Position numbers and translations under genes: made by a program. A stretch of DNA of 64,000 nucleotides from Dudresnaya verticillata. Its lineage: Eukaryota. A model generated the notes under the pieces. It was not told the DNA's origin, did no database searches, and saw only the letters and a program-made list of their open reading frames with translations. Each line of letters starts with the position of its first letter. The stretch's first letter is position 1. The stretch is from assembly GCA_977862235.1 (NCBI GenBank), contig OZ374565.1, positions 2,294,001 to 2,358,000 on the forward strand. The letters run 5' to 3'. Below, piece by piece: positions 40,201 through 50,901 of the stretch.

Positions 40201-41902
40201 GGATATGCGAGCGACAGATGTCTTCGACCGCCGGCAGAAGCTGCCCTCCTGGACCCCGCGCAACGGGTGGGGTTTGCGCAGTTGGTACCTCTCGAGTAGC
40301 AGGTACCGGTGCAGGAGGCGGCTCCTGGCTGTCCGGGATTCGTCGCGGGGCTGGCAGGATATCGTCCGCTGGCTCGCCGTCCTCGGGTTGCGTCTCCGTG
40401 ACCGCGTCCAGAGCAGGAGACTGTGATGGCGCGGCTACAGTTTCTTCACGGCTCGGTGTCGTCAATTGGTTGGACGGGACGTGGGAGAACGCCGGAGTGC
40501 GAGTAGCGGGACATGCGCTGCAATTCTTGTACCGCATACTGTACATGCCTTCACTGTTCATGCGGGAGCTACAGTGGGTGGGCATGTACTTGTTGTGAGT
40601 CACACAGTACCATACTCCATAGTCCAGGAGCTGCTGCTTGAGAGGCTCGATGTCGGTCCTCGTCGGTGGTCCTCGCCTGCCAGGAACATGCATCTTCCGC
40701 AGGTGCATGAGTAGCGCTTCTACAGTAGGCAGTGAGGACGACTGGCAGCCCAGAGGACAGCTGGTACTGTTTGTCGGGCGGTGTTTTGCCGAAGGCATAA
40801 AGCATGGAGAGAGCCATACCTTCGGCATGTCGGGGTGCTGCTGACCAATCATGGTTACAGCGCTGGGTAAGGTACCTGTAAAGGTCCTCTACAGTAGGTT
40901 CCCACGGGGCACAGGCCTCCTAACCGGGACGCAAGCCTGTCGTCCGTCGTCAGTCTGTTCGGGACACCTCCAGAGGGTGCTACAGGTGGCCTTGCTGCGA
41001 GATGAGGGCCTCTTCGCAGCGTAGGGCGCGAGATCGCGCACTTTGCGCACGAGCTCGCGCAAAAGGGCGCGCGTGTTAGCGTTCGTGCGCGCAGAGTTAT
41101 CGGACGTTCCCTTCCCTGCCGCAGCTGAGAAGACTCTCTTCACTGCGGTCCTGTAACGCGCGGTACTTCTCGTTTGCACAAGCTCTCAATGGGGTCGCAG
41201 AACCACCGTTTACCTGTGAGTGCCCACAGGATTTTTGGCCTCCCCCGAAGGTTCGCTGGCAGGACGTTCGCTCGATCTTAGAAGGGGTGGTTTCAAAACA
41301 GGATCCACCAGGCTTAAGCCACGTTACCCCAACTTCGACGTTGCTTGGCACGTTTCTGCGATGAGCTTGTGGGTCACGAGCCGCCTACCACTCAAGGTCG
41401 AGGGTCTTTGGCGATTCCCACACTTGTAGGTCTCTCGGCACTTCCCGAAGGAAGATTTTACAGGACAAGCCTGGCCTTTACCAATCTGTCAGTTGAAGGG
41501 TGTGAAACCCCTCTGTCGACAGTCCACGGCAGCCTAGACAGAGTCTAGGCTGTGCCGGGTACAAGCAAAACGCGTACAGGGCCAGGGAAAGAAAGATAAG
41601 TCAGTGGGGCCCGGGCAAATTTCAAGGTGAGGGATCACCTTAAAAGTAAGCGCAAAATAGGAAACGCGTGACCGTCGGCGACGACGGCGGCGGCGACGGC
41701 GGCGACGACGACGGCGTCGCGGCGCAGATCGGCGGCGCGGAAAGAGACAAAAGTAGACCGCGCTCGCCCGCCCGCGAAGGTGAAGGGCTGAAAAACCCCG
41801 CACCGACGCGCCGTCGCGCGCTCGAACAGGCGGCACCGCCGCCGAAAAGATCGGTGCAGAACTTGTTGAGATATCCGCGAAACAAAAATTTCGGCAGATC
41901 GC
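37263..41902 (-). mobile_element. Copy E10: full-length (subfamily C) with complex 5' junction (41903-41970)
   Basis: Junction contains a second copy of the terminal AAACAAAAATTTCGGCAGATCGC. Confidence 0.95.
37364..40852 (-). CDS. ZnF-RT-CCHC-RLE protein, 1162 aa
   Basis: Intact ORF, same motifs. Confidence 0.95.
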   Translation of the reverse strand: MIGQQHPDMPKVWLSPCFMPSAKHRPTNSTSCPLGCQSSSLPTVEALLMHLRKMHVPGRRGPPTRTDIEPLKQQLLDYGVWYCVTHNKYMPTHCSSRMNSEGMYSMRYKNCSACPATRTPAFSHVPSNQLTTPSREETVAAPSQSPALDAVTETQPEDGEPADDILPAPRRIPDSQEPPPAPVPATREVPTAQTPPVARGPGGQLLPAVEDICRSHIPMVTHIPSRVRAEVRDALSKTVWAFTNATNSQEATKELTAFLLFPAAVLSNPPAASARASASTSASSIGTFRDRIRRWGLKDYDALWQEALKGSTFREQTAPSAEEQRRINASRALRLAKEGAYSKAAAALDSDGIAPATDSVIQSMKDKHPQSVPQTDADHELDQSEPLPTMPDFVPFTADEVRKAVAKFPRASASGGTGLSPTHLQELLSVPTTHEHTGLLGGLTKMVNVLASGAGPAELSPWIASAPLTALKKRTGGVRPIAVGETIRRLVSSMLMTRVAPKAKAYLEPLQLGVATSGGTEAIVHAVRKLQKSHGHDKSYGLLQVDLKNAFNLVSRKAFMKEVRRHMPELLPWVRYCYDSEGPHLWMGDTLLRSVTGVQQGDPLGPLLFALVLQALIKQLKELTADLRRSGRNQQAEGANNLLLSLFYLDDGVIVAKHAVLRKVLSFFDSEEAKGYGFHLRMDKCTVWWPTAPDPEDCAAYPSDLGQSYGEGTTVLQAPIGTQNYMEESVNGHVESIQPLLDAISGLEDLHVAITLLRNCAGVCRLNYLLRVVPSSATAKGAELFDQKIEACMRKLVGGVLPRDTFRELQLPLRTKEPSFGIGISGAGDMNSSAFLASLSLTRNLLRSILPASVNTALSEDPFAVEAHEDWSAKCHSEDALDLEKIDSDECPRQRDLTRLVLKKVQAELPLGDRRTQAFRASLGVPGAKDWLKCQPAPGMKTYIADRDYRVWLRFYCRIPLLEPDTECPRAGCKKMMDVHGDHLLICPNGMRNSGSPRSWRHDSQVRLLASDLKRATRTPIVEPRPVGAHLDRPDIKALGTEGGTDYLDVTISHPLSSEQRILSCITNPQGTLKNAHADKVRTYRGFIQAAGPGARLVPVPMTTLGGWHPEAHKYMQELADTVASRAMVTRGVSRAALFHRHAARLVQNNVKCLMEGIQQEV

Positions 41903-41970
41903 TGAGGGAGTACTCGAGGTGCAACAAAACAAAAATTTCGGCAGATCGCGGAGGGAGTCCTCGAGGTGAG

Positions 41971-44900
41971 TTCAACTTTATAACAGGTGATCATATTCTA
42001 ATATTTGTCGACGTACAATCTACTGTAGTATCACAACAAAGTTAAACCCCAACTCAAAACAACTTGCACATCTACACCTCCTGTTGGATCCCTTCCATCA
42101 GGCACTTGACGTTGTTCTGCACCAGTCGCGCCGCGTGCCTGTGGAATAGAGCCGCTCGCGAAACACCGCGAGTTACCATGGCCCGAGAAGCCACAGTATC
42201 CGCCAACTCTTGCATGTACTTGTGCGCCTCCGGGTGCCAGCCACCTAGTGTGGTCATCGGCACCGGCACAAGTCTTGCCCCCGGTCCGGCAGCCTGGATG
42301 AAGCCACGGTAAGTCCTCACCTTGTCAGCGTGGGCGTTCTTCAGCGTCCCTTGCGGGTTTGTTATGCAGCTGAGAACGCGTTGTTCTGACGACAGTGGAT
42401 GACTGATTGTGACGTCCAGGTAGTCCGTTCCTCCTTCTGTTCCAAGCGCCTTGATGTCCGGCCGATCCAGGTGAGCCCCCACAGGGCGGGGCTCCACAAT
42501 CGGGGTGCGTGTTGCACGTTTCAGATCCGAAGCCAGCAGACGAACCTGAGAGTCGTGGCGCCACGACCGAGGAGATCCGCTGTTCCGCATGCCGTTCGGA
42601 CAAATCAGCAGATGGTCGCCGTGAACATCCATCTTCTTCTTGCACCCGGCCCGAGGACACTCCGTGTCGGGTTCCAGCAGTGGAATCCGACAGTAGAATC
42701 GAAGCCATACGCGGTAGTCCCGATCCGCAATGTACGTCTTCATGCCTGGTGCCGGCTGGCACTTGAGCCAGTCCTTGGCGCCCGGCGCGCCAAGGGAAGC
42801 TCGGAAAGCTTGCGTCCGCCTGTCCCCGAGCGGCAGCTCGGCTTGCACTTTCTTCAGTACCAACCGCGTCAAGTCCCTCTGGCGTGGGCACTCGTCGCTG
42901 TCGATCTTCTCCAGGTCCAGAGCATCCTCACTATGGCACTTGGCGCTCCAGTCTTCGTGCGCTTCTACTGCAAAAGGATCGTCAGAAAGAGCAGTGTTCA
43001 CAGAAGCGGGTAAGATAGAACGCAGTAAGTTGCGGGTCAGTGAAAGGGACGCCAAAAACGCGCTCGAGTTCATGTCGCCAGCTCCCGAAATACCGATTCC
43101 GAAGCTGGGCTCTTTCGTGCGCAGGGGAAGCTGAAGTTCGCGGAAGGTGTCCCTCGGTAGGACTCCTCCCACGAGCTTGCGCATGCAAGCCTCAATCTTC
43201 TGGTCGAAGAGCTCGGCGCCCTTCGCCGTGGCGGATGATGGAACTACTCGCAGCAGGTAGTTCAGCCGGCAGACTCCGGCACAGTTCCGGAGTAGAGTGA
43301 TGGCCACGTGTAGGTCTTCTAGTCCCGAAATTGCGTCCAGCAGGGGCTGGATGGACTCTACATGGCCCTTCACGCTCTCCTCCATGTAGTTCTGCGTTCC
43401 AATCGGAGCCTGAAGTACTGTAGTGCCTTCTCCGTAGCTCTGCCCAAGATCCGACGGGTAGGCAGCGCAGTCTTCTGGGTCGGGTGCAGTAGGCCACCAA
43501 ACAGTACACTTGTCCATGCGCAGGTGGAAGCCATAGCCCTTAGCTTCCTCGGAGTCAAAGAAGGACAGAACCTTCCTGAGTACGGCGTGTTTCGCCACGA
43601 TGACGCCGTCGTCCAGGTAGAACAGTGACAGCAGCAAGTTGTTCGCCCCCTCCGCTTGCTGATTGCGGCCCGAGCGCCGCAGGTCGGCGGTGAGTTCCTT
43701 CAACTGTTTGATCAGTGCCTGCAGCACCAAAGCAAACAGTAACGGCCCGAGCGGGTCACCTTGCTGTACACCAGTGACACTCCGCAGTAGAGTGTCACCC
43801 ATCCACAGGTGCGGGCCCTCAGAGTCATAACAGTATCTGACCCACGGTAGTAGTTCAGGCATATGTCGGCGGACCTCCTTCATGAATGCTTTGCGGCTGA
43901 CAAGGTTGAAGGCATTCTTCAAGTCCACTTGTAGCAACCCGTAGGACTTGTCATGGCCGTGAGACTTCTGCAGCTTCCGGACCGCGTGTACAATCGCTTC
44001 TGTGCCGCCCGAGGTTGCGACCCCGAGCTGAAGCGGTTCGAGGTATGCCTTGGCCTTGGGAGCGACTCTGGTCATGAGCATAGAGCTCACGAGTCGTCGG
44101 ATTGTCTCTCCTACAGCAATGGGGCGGACACCGCCGGTGCGCTTCTTCAGAGCCGTGAGAGGAGCGCTGGCAATCCAAGGCGACAGCTCCGCAGGTCCTG
44201 CACCGTTGGCCAGCACGTTGACCATTTTGGTGAGCCCGCCAAGCAGGCCCGTGTGCTCGTGGGTGGTCGGGACTGAGAGCAGTTCCTGCAGATGGGTCGG
44301 TGATAGTCCTGTGCCCCCCGAGGCCGAAGCCCGGGGGAACTTGGCCACTGCTTTTCGTACTTCGTCGGCTGTGAAAGGCACGAAGTCAGGGATGGTCGGC
44401 AGCGGTTCGGACTGGTCAAGCTCGTGGTCCGCGTCGGTTTGCGGTACGGACTGTGGGTGCTTGTCCTTCATGGACTGTATCACAGAGTCTGTGGCTGGCG
44501 CGATTCCATCAGAGTCTAGAGCTGCTGCTGCCTTACTGTAGGCGCCCTCCTTTGCGAGGCGAAGGGCTCGTGAGGCGTTGATACGGCGTTGCTCTTCTGC
44601 GGAAGGCGCAGTCTGCTCACGGAATGTCGAGCCCTTCAAGGCCTCCTGCCATAGGGAGTCGTAATCCTTGAGTCCCCAGCGTCGGATTCGATCGCGGAAG
44701 GTGCCGATCGAGGACGCAGAGGTTGACGCGCCGGCCCTTGCACTCGCCGTGGGAGGATTGGACAAGACGGCTGCTGGAAAAAGCAGGAATGCAGTGAGCT
44801 CTTTGGTGGCTTCCTGAGAGTTGTTTGCGTTCGTAAAAGCCCATACCGTCTTGGACAGTGCGTCGCGCACCTCTGCGCGGACGCGAGACGGTATATGTGT

Positions 44901-46615
44901 GACCATAGGGATATGCGAGCGACAGATATCTTCGACCGCCGGCAGAAGCTGCCCTCCTGGACCCCGCGCAGCGTGTCGGGTTTGCGCAGTTGGTACCACT
45001 TGAGTAGCTGGTACCGGTGCAGGAGGCGGCTCCTGGCTGTCCGGGATTCGTCGCGGGGCTGGCAGGATATCGTCCGCCGGCTCGCCGTCCTCGGGTTGCG
45101 TCTCCGTGACCGCGTCCAGAGCAGGAGTCTGTGATGGCGCGGCTACAGTTTCTTCACGGCTCGGTGTCGTCAATTGGTTGGACGGGACGTGGGAGAACGC
45201 CGGAGTGCGAGTGGCGGGACATGCGCTGCAATTCTTGTACCGCATACTGTACATGCCTTCACTGTTCATGCGGGAGCTACAGTGGGTAGGCATGTACTTG
45301 TTGTGAGTCACACAGTACCATACGCCATAGTCCAGGAGCTGCTGCTTGAGAGGCTCGATGTCGGTCCTCGTCGGTGGTCCTCGCCTGCCAGGAACATGCA
45401 TCTTCCGCAGGTGCATGAGTAGCGCTTCTACAGTAGGCAGTGAGGACGACTGGCAGCCCAGAGGACAGCTGATACTGTTTGTCGGGCGGTGTTTTGCCGA
45501 AGGCATAAAGCATGGAGAGAGCCATACCTTCGGCATGTCGGGGTGCTGCTGACCAATCATGGTTACAGCGCTGGGTAAGGTACCTGTAAAGGTCCTCTAC
45601 AGTAGGTTCCCACGGGGCACAGACCTCCTAACCGGGACGCAAGCCTGTCGTCCGTCGTCAGTCTGTTCGGGACACCTCCAGAGGGTGCTACAGGTGGCCT
45701 TGCTGCGAGATGAAGGCCTCTTCGCAGCGTAGGGCGCGAGATCGCGCAATTTGCGCACGAGCTCGCGCAAAAGGGCGCGCGTGTTAGCGTTCGTGCGCGC
45801 AGACTTATCGGACGTTCCCTTCCCTGCCGCAGCTGAGAAGACTCTCTTCACTGCGGTCCTGTAACGCGCGGTACTTCTCGTTTGCACAAGCTCTCAATGG
45901 GGTCGCAGAACCACCGTTTACCTGTGAGTGCCCACAGGATTTTTGGCCTCCCCCGAAGGTTCGCTGGCAGGACGTTCGCTCGATCTTAGAAGGGGTGGTT
46001 TCAAAACAGGATCCACCAGGCTTAAGCCACGTTACCCCAACTTCGACGTTGCTTGGCACGTTTCTGCGATGAGCTTGTGGGTCACGAGCCGCCTACCACT
46101 CAAGGTCGAGGGTCTTTGGCGATTCCCACACTTGTAGGTCTCTCGGCACTTCCCGAAGGAAGATTTTACAGGACAAGCCTGGCCTTTACCAATCTGTCAG
46201 TTGAAGGGTGTGAAACCCCTCTGTCGACAGTCCACGGCAGCCTAGACAGAGTCTAGGCTGTGCCGGGTACAAGCAAAACGCGTACAGGGCCAGGGAAAGA
46301 AAGATAAGTCAGTGGGGCCCGGGCAAATTTCAAGGTGAGGGATCACCTTAAAAGTAAGCGCAAAATAGGAAACGCGTGACCGTCGGCGACGACGGCGGCG
46401 GCGACGGCGGCGACGACGACGGCGTCGCGGCGCAGATCGGCGGCGCAAAAAGAGACAAAAGTAGACCGCGCTCGCCCGCCGTCAAAGGTGAAGGGCTGAA
46501 AAACCCCGCACCGACGCGCCGTCGCGCGCTCGAACAGGCGGCACCGCCGCCGAAAAGATCGGTGCAGAACTTGCTGAGAAATCTCCGAAACAAAAAATTC
46601 GGCAGATCGCGAGGG
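41971..46615 (-). mobile_element. Copy E11: full-length (B with A-type patch)
   Basis: 5' junction GATCGCGAGGG-AGTACT-C-GAGGTGAG. Confidence 0.95.
42072..45560 (-). CDS. ZnF-RT-CCHC-RLE protein, 1162 aa
   Basis: Intact ORF, same motifs. Confidence 0.95.
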   Translation of the reverse strand: MIGQQHPDMPKVWLSPCFMPSAKHRPTNSISCPLGCQSSSLPTVEALLMHLRKMHVPGRRGPPTRTDIEPLKQQLLDYGVWYCVTHNKYMPTHCSSRMNSEGMYSMRYKNCSACPATRTPAFSHVPSNQLTTPSREETVAAPSQTPALDAVTETQPEDGEPADDILPAPRRIPDSQEPPPAPVPATQVVPTAQTRHAARGPGGQLLPAVEDICRSHIPMVTHIPSRVRAEVRDALSKTVWAFTNANNSQEATKELTAFLLFPAAVLSNPPTASARAGASTSASSIGTFRDRIRRWGLKDYDSLWQEALKGSTFREQTAPSAEEQRRINASRALRLAKEGAYSKAAAALDSDGIAPATDSVIQSMKDKHPQSVPQTDADHELDQSEPLPTIPDFVPFTADEVRKAVAKFPRASASGGTGLSPTHLQELLSVPTTHEHTGLLGGLTKMVNVLANGAGPAELSPWIASAPLTALKKRTGGVRPIAVGETIRRLVSSMLMTRVAPKAKAYLEPLQLGVATSGGTEAIVHAVRKLQKSHGHDKSYGLLQVDLKNAFNLVSRKAFMKEVRRHMPELLPWVRYCYDSEGPHLWMGDTLLRSVTGVQQGDPLGPLLFALVLQALIKQLKELTADLRRSGRNQQAEGANNLLLSLFYLDDGVIVAKHAVLRKVLSFFDSEEAKGYGFHLRMDKCTVWWPTAPDPEDCAAYPSDLGQSYGEGTTVLQAPIGTQNYMEESVKGHVESIQPLLDAISGLEDLHVAITLLRNCAGVCRLNYLLRVVPSSATAKGAELFDQKIEACMRKLVGGVLPRDTFRELQLPLRTKEPSFGIGISGAGDMNSSAFLASLSLTRNLLRSILPASVNTALSDDPFAVEAHEDWSAKCHSEDALDLEKIDSDECPRQRDLTRLVLKKVQAELPLGDRRTQAFRASLGAPGAKDWLKCQPAPGMKTYIADRDYRVWLRFYCRIPLLEPDTECPRAGCKKKMDVHGDHLLICPNGMRNSGSPRSWRHDSQVRLLASDLKRATRTPIVEPRPVGAHLDRPDIKALGTEGGTDYLDVTISHPLSSEQRVLSCITNPQGTLKNAHADKVRTYRGFIQAAGPGARLVPVPMTTLGGWHPEAHKYMQELADTVASRAMVTRGVSRAALFHRHAARLVQNNVKCLMEGIQQEV

Positions 46616-46630
46616 AGTACTCGAGGTGAG

Positions 46631-49600
46631 TTCAACTTTATAACAGGTGATCATATTCTAATATTTGTCGACGTACAATCTACTGTAGTATCACAACAAA
46701 GTTAAACCCCAACTCAAAACAACTTGCACATCTACACCTCCTGTTGGATCCCTTCCATCAGGCACTTGACGTTGTTCTGCACCAGTCGCGCCGCGTGCCT
46801 GTGGAATAGAGCCGCTCGCGAAACACCGCGAGTTACCATGGCCCGAGAAGCCACAGTATCCGCCAACTCTTGCATGTACTTGTGCGCCTCCGGGTGCCAG
46901 CCACCTAGTGTGGTCATCGGCACCGGCACAAGTCTTGCCCCCGGTCCGGCAGCCTGGATGAAGCCACGGTAAGTCCTCACCTTGTCAGCGTGGGCGTTCT
47001 TCAGCGTCCCTTGCGGGTTTGTTATGCAGCTGAGAACGCGTTGTTCTGACGACAGTGGATGACTGATTGTGACGTCCAGGTAGTCCGTTCCTCCTTCTGT
47101 TCCAAGCGCCTTGATGTCCGGCCGATCCAGGTGAGCCCCCACAGGGCGGGGCTCCACAATCGGGGTGCGTGTTGCACGTTTCAGATCCGAAGCCAGCAGA
47201 CGAACCTGAGAGTCGTGGCGCCACGACCGAGGAGATCCGCTGTTCCGCATGCCGTTCGGACAAATCAGCAGATGGTCGCCGTGAACATCCATCTTCTTCT
47301 TGCACCCGGCCCGAGGACACTCCGTGTCGGGTTCCAGCAGTGGAATCCGACAGTAGAATCGAAGCCATACGCGGTAGTCCCGATCCGCAATGTACGTCTT
47401 CATGCCTGGTGCCGGCTGGCACTTGAGCCAGTCCTTGGCGCCCGGCGCGCCAAGGGAAGCTCGGAAAGCTTGCGTCCGCCTGTCCCCGAGCGGCAGCTCG
47501 GCTTGCACTTTCTTCAGTACCAACCGCGTCAAGTCCCTCTGGCGTGGGCACTCGTCGCTGTCGATCTTCTCCAGGTCCAGAGCATCCTCACTATGGCACT
47601 TGGCGCTCCAGTCTTCGTGCGCTTCTACTGCAAAAGGATCGTCAGAAAGAGCAGTGTTCACAGAAGCGGGTAAGATAGAACGCAGTAAGTTGCGGGTCAG
47701 TGAAAGGGACGCCAAAAACGCGCTCGAGTTCATGTCGCCAGCTCCCGAAATACCGATTCCGAAGCTGGGCTCTTTCGTGCGCAGGGGAAGCTGAAGTTCG
47801 CGGAAGGTGTCCCTCGGTAGGACTCCTCCCACGAGCTTGCGCATGCAAGCCTCAATCTTCTGGTCGAAGAGCTCGGCGCCCTTCGCCGTGGCGGATGATG
47901 GAACTACTCGCAGCAGGTAGTTCAGCCGGCAGACTCCGGCACAGTTGCGGAGTAGAGTTATGGCCACGTGTAGGTCTTCGAGTCCCGAAATTGCGTCCAG
48001 CAGGGGCTGGATGGACTCGACATGGCCCTTCACGCTCTCCTCCATGTAGTTCTGCGTTCCAATCGGAGCCTGAAGTACTGTAGTGCCTTCTCCGTAGCTC
48101 TGCCCAAGATCCGACGGGTATGCAGCGCAGTCTTCTGGGTCGGGTGCAGTAGGCCACCAAACAGTACACTTGTCCATGCGCAGGTGGAAGCCATAGCCCT
48201 TAGCTTCCTCGGAGTCAAAGAAGGACAGAACCTTCCTGAGTACGGCGTGTTTCGCCACGATGACGCCGTCGTCCAGGTAGAACAGTGACAGCAGCAAGTT
48301 GTTTGCTGCCTCCGCTTGCTGATTGCGGCCCGAGCGCCGCAGGTCGGCGGTGAGTTCCTTCAACTGTTTGATCAGTGCCTGCAGCACCAAAGCAAACAGT
48401 AACGGCCCGAGCGGGTCACCTTGCTGTACACCAGTGACACTCCGCAGTAGAGTGTCACCCATCCACAGGTGCGGGCCCTCAGAGTCATAACAGTATCTGA
48501 CCCACGATAGCAGTTCAGGCATATGTCGGCGGACCTCCTTCATGAATGCTTTGCGGCTGACAAGGTTGAAGGCATTCTTCAAGTCCACTTGTAGCAACCC
48601 GTAGGACTTGTCATGGCCGTGAGAATTCTGCAGCTTCCGGACCGCGTGTACAATGGCTTCTGTGCCGCCCGAGGTTGCGACCCCGAGCTGAAGCGGTTCG
48701 AGGTATGCCTTGGCCTTGGGAGCGACTCTGGTCATGAGCATAGAGCTCACGAGTCGTCGGATTGTCTCTCCTACAGCAATGGGGCGGACACCGCCGGTGC
48801 GCTTCTTCAGAGCCGTGAGAGGAGCGCTGGCAATCCAAGGCGACAGCTCCGCAGGTCCTGCGCCGCTGGCCAGCACGTTGACCATTTTGGTGAGCCCGCC
48901 AAGCAGGCCCGTGTGCTCGTGGGTGGTCGGGACTGAGAGCAGTTCCTGCAGATGGGTCGGTGATAGTCCTGTGCCCCCCGAGGCCGAAGCCCGGGGGAAC
49001 TTGGCCACTGCTTTTCGTACTTCGTCGGCTGTGAAAGGCACGAAGTCAGGGATGGTCGGCAGCGGTTCGGACTGGTCAAGCTCGTGGTCCGCGTCGGTTT
49101 GCGGTACGGACTGTGGGTGCTTGTCCGTCATGGACTGTATCACAGAGTCTGTGGCTGGGGCGATTCCATCAGAGTCTAGAGCTGCTGCTGCCTTACTGTA
49201 GGCGCCCTCCTTTGCGAGGCGAAGGGCTCGTGAGGCGTTGATACGGCGTTGCTCTTCTGCGGAAGGCGCAGTCTGCTCACGGAATGTCGAGCCCTTCAAG
49301 GCCTCCTGCCATAGGGAGTCGTAATCCTTGAGTCCCCAGCGTCGGATTCGATCGCGGAAGGTGCCGATCGAGGACGCAGAGGTTGACGCGCCGGCCCTTG
49401 CACTCGCCGTGGGAGGATTGGACAAGACGGCTGCTGGAAAAAGCAGGAATGCAGTGAGCTCTTTGGTGGCTTCCTGAGAGTTGTTTGCGTTCGTAAAAGC
49501 CCATACCGTCTTGGACAGTGCGTCGCGCACCTCTGCGCGGACGCGAGACGGTATATGTGTGACCATAGGGATATGCGAGCGACAGATATCTTCGACCGCC

Positions 49601-49769
49601 GGCAGAAGCTGCCCCCCCGGACCCCGCGCAGCGTGTCGGGTTTGCGCAGTTGGTACCTCTTGAGTAGCAGGTACCGGTGCAGGAGGCGGCTCCTGGCTGT
49701 CCGGGATTCGTCGCGGGGCTGGCAGGATATCGTCCGCTGGCTCGCCGTCCTCGGATTGCGTCTCCGTGA
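46631..49769 (-). mobile_element. Copy E12: 5'-truncated (A/B chimera), lacks 5' UTR and zinc finger region
   Basis: Similarity ends at ...TCTCCGTGA, then ACTC and GAGGTGAG (49774-49781), then the 5S 3' part. Confidence 0.94.
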
Positions 49770-49781
49770 ACTCGAGGTGAG

Positions 49782-49812
49782 GGATCACTCTGGAATCGCC
49801 AGTGCCGAATGT
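49782..49812 (+). rRNA. 5S: 5S rRNA gene 3' fragment (nt 90-120)
   Basis: Identical to 2199-2229, followed by T runs. Confidence 0.92.
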
Positions 49813-49824
49813 TTTTATTTTTTT
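49812..49824 (+). terminator. Pol III T-run terminator
   Basis: T-runs directly after the 5S 3' end. Confidence 0.85.
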
Positions 49825-50901
49825 GCACCTCATTCCTTCCTCCCCGCCGCCCTCTGCGTACATTGCTGCCTTGCATACCTCTCCCACAGAATCCCCGACC
49901 CACTGCCTCTGTACAGCGTATTCTTTTCACTCGCACTTTTCCCCTTTTCTTGTAAGTGGGAGGGAGTCTGAGAGTGTTTGCAGGTGTCTAGGGGTTGTTT
50001 AGGGTTAGGTCTAGGGTTAGTTTGGTTACTGTGGTACGCGAGGGGCATGATATTGGGAGGGTAAAGGGTCTAGTGTTGGTGCATGGAATGAATCATGGTG
50101 GTGGAAGGAATGGATCAGTGTGGTGGATGAATTGGATTTAGGGACATAGAATTGGATTAGATTTAGTACCCAGAAGATTGGATCAAGGATCACCACAATC
50201 GGATCAAGTCTGGTGGCTGGGGTGAGGGTGGCTTGGACGTTTGTGCTCATAACTTTGGAACGGCTGGGGCTAGGGAGCTGCTCAGTAGCTGAATCGAAGC
50301 GTCTCGTTGCTGCGCATTGCGTAGCGCTCTTACCCTCCTAAATCGACTTTTTGGCGCGTTTCTATGGTGCAAAACGTCCCCACGGGCCGTCGGCAGCTTT
50401 TGAGCAGATCAAATAGGGGTTTGGGGCATGTATGGTTATGGGTGGGTTTAGGGGTGTTAGGGATGTGTCATTTTAACGCGTTTAGGAGTGTAGGGAGTGG
50501 GAATGAAAGTAGTAAGGATGAGGAAATGGAAAGGGAAGGATGAGAAAGTATAGTACAATGCAGTAATACAAATCACGGAATGCATCAGGTTGGGATCCAA
50601 TAAGGGTGGATGGATTGGATCAACGGAAGTCAAGGCGTTATAGGATTGGATCTAGGGGCTCTGTAAATTAGATTGGGTGCTGGTTTCATTGAACCAAGGG
50701 GTCAGAACGTCCATGAGCTGGTTGACTGTATTTATATTGAATCCTGCGTTTAGAGTAAATGGTATACGGTTATGGGTCATTACTTTAATGCTCCACGTGT
50801 ACACTACAGTCGGATGGACATTGGACGCAGGAGTCTTTAGTCGATGACGGGGAGTGCAGTTGATGGCGCATTTAAATAGGGGTACGGCGGGAACAGCAAG
50901 C
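49813..50901. other. 5S rDNA non-transcribed spacer (1089 bp)
   Basis: Same length as 2230-3318 and no differences noticed by eye. Confidence 0.88.
50871..50878 (+). promoter_or_regulatory. TATA-like element ~-30 of the 5S gene
   Basis: TTTAAATA at -31..-24 of 50902. Confidence 0.6.

Larger units (their letters stand above)
46732..49887 (-). pseudogene. Truncated RT-RLE frame fortuitously fused in frame to antisense 5S/spacer sequence (1051 aa)
   Basis: The first ~40 residues (MGEVCK...IPHLEF) come from spacer, 5S antisense and junction. The rest is the element ORF from TETQSE onward. Confidence 0.6.
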
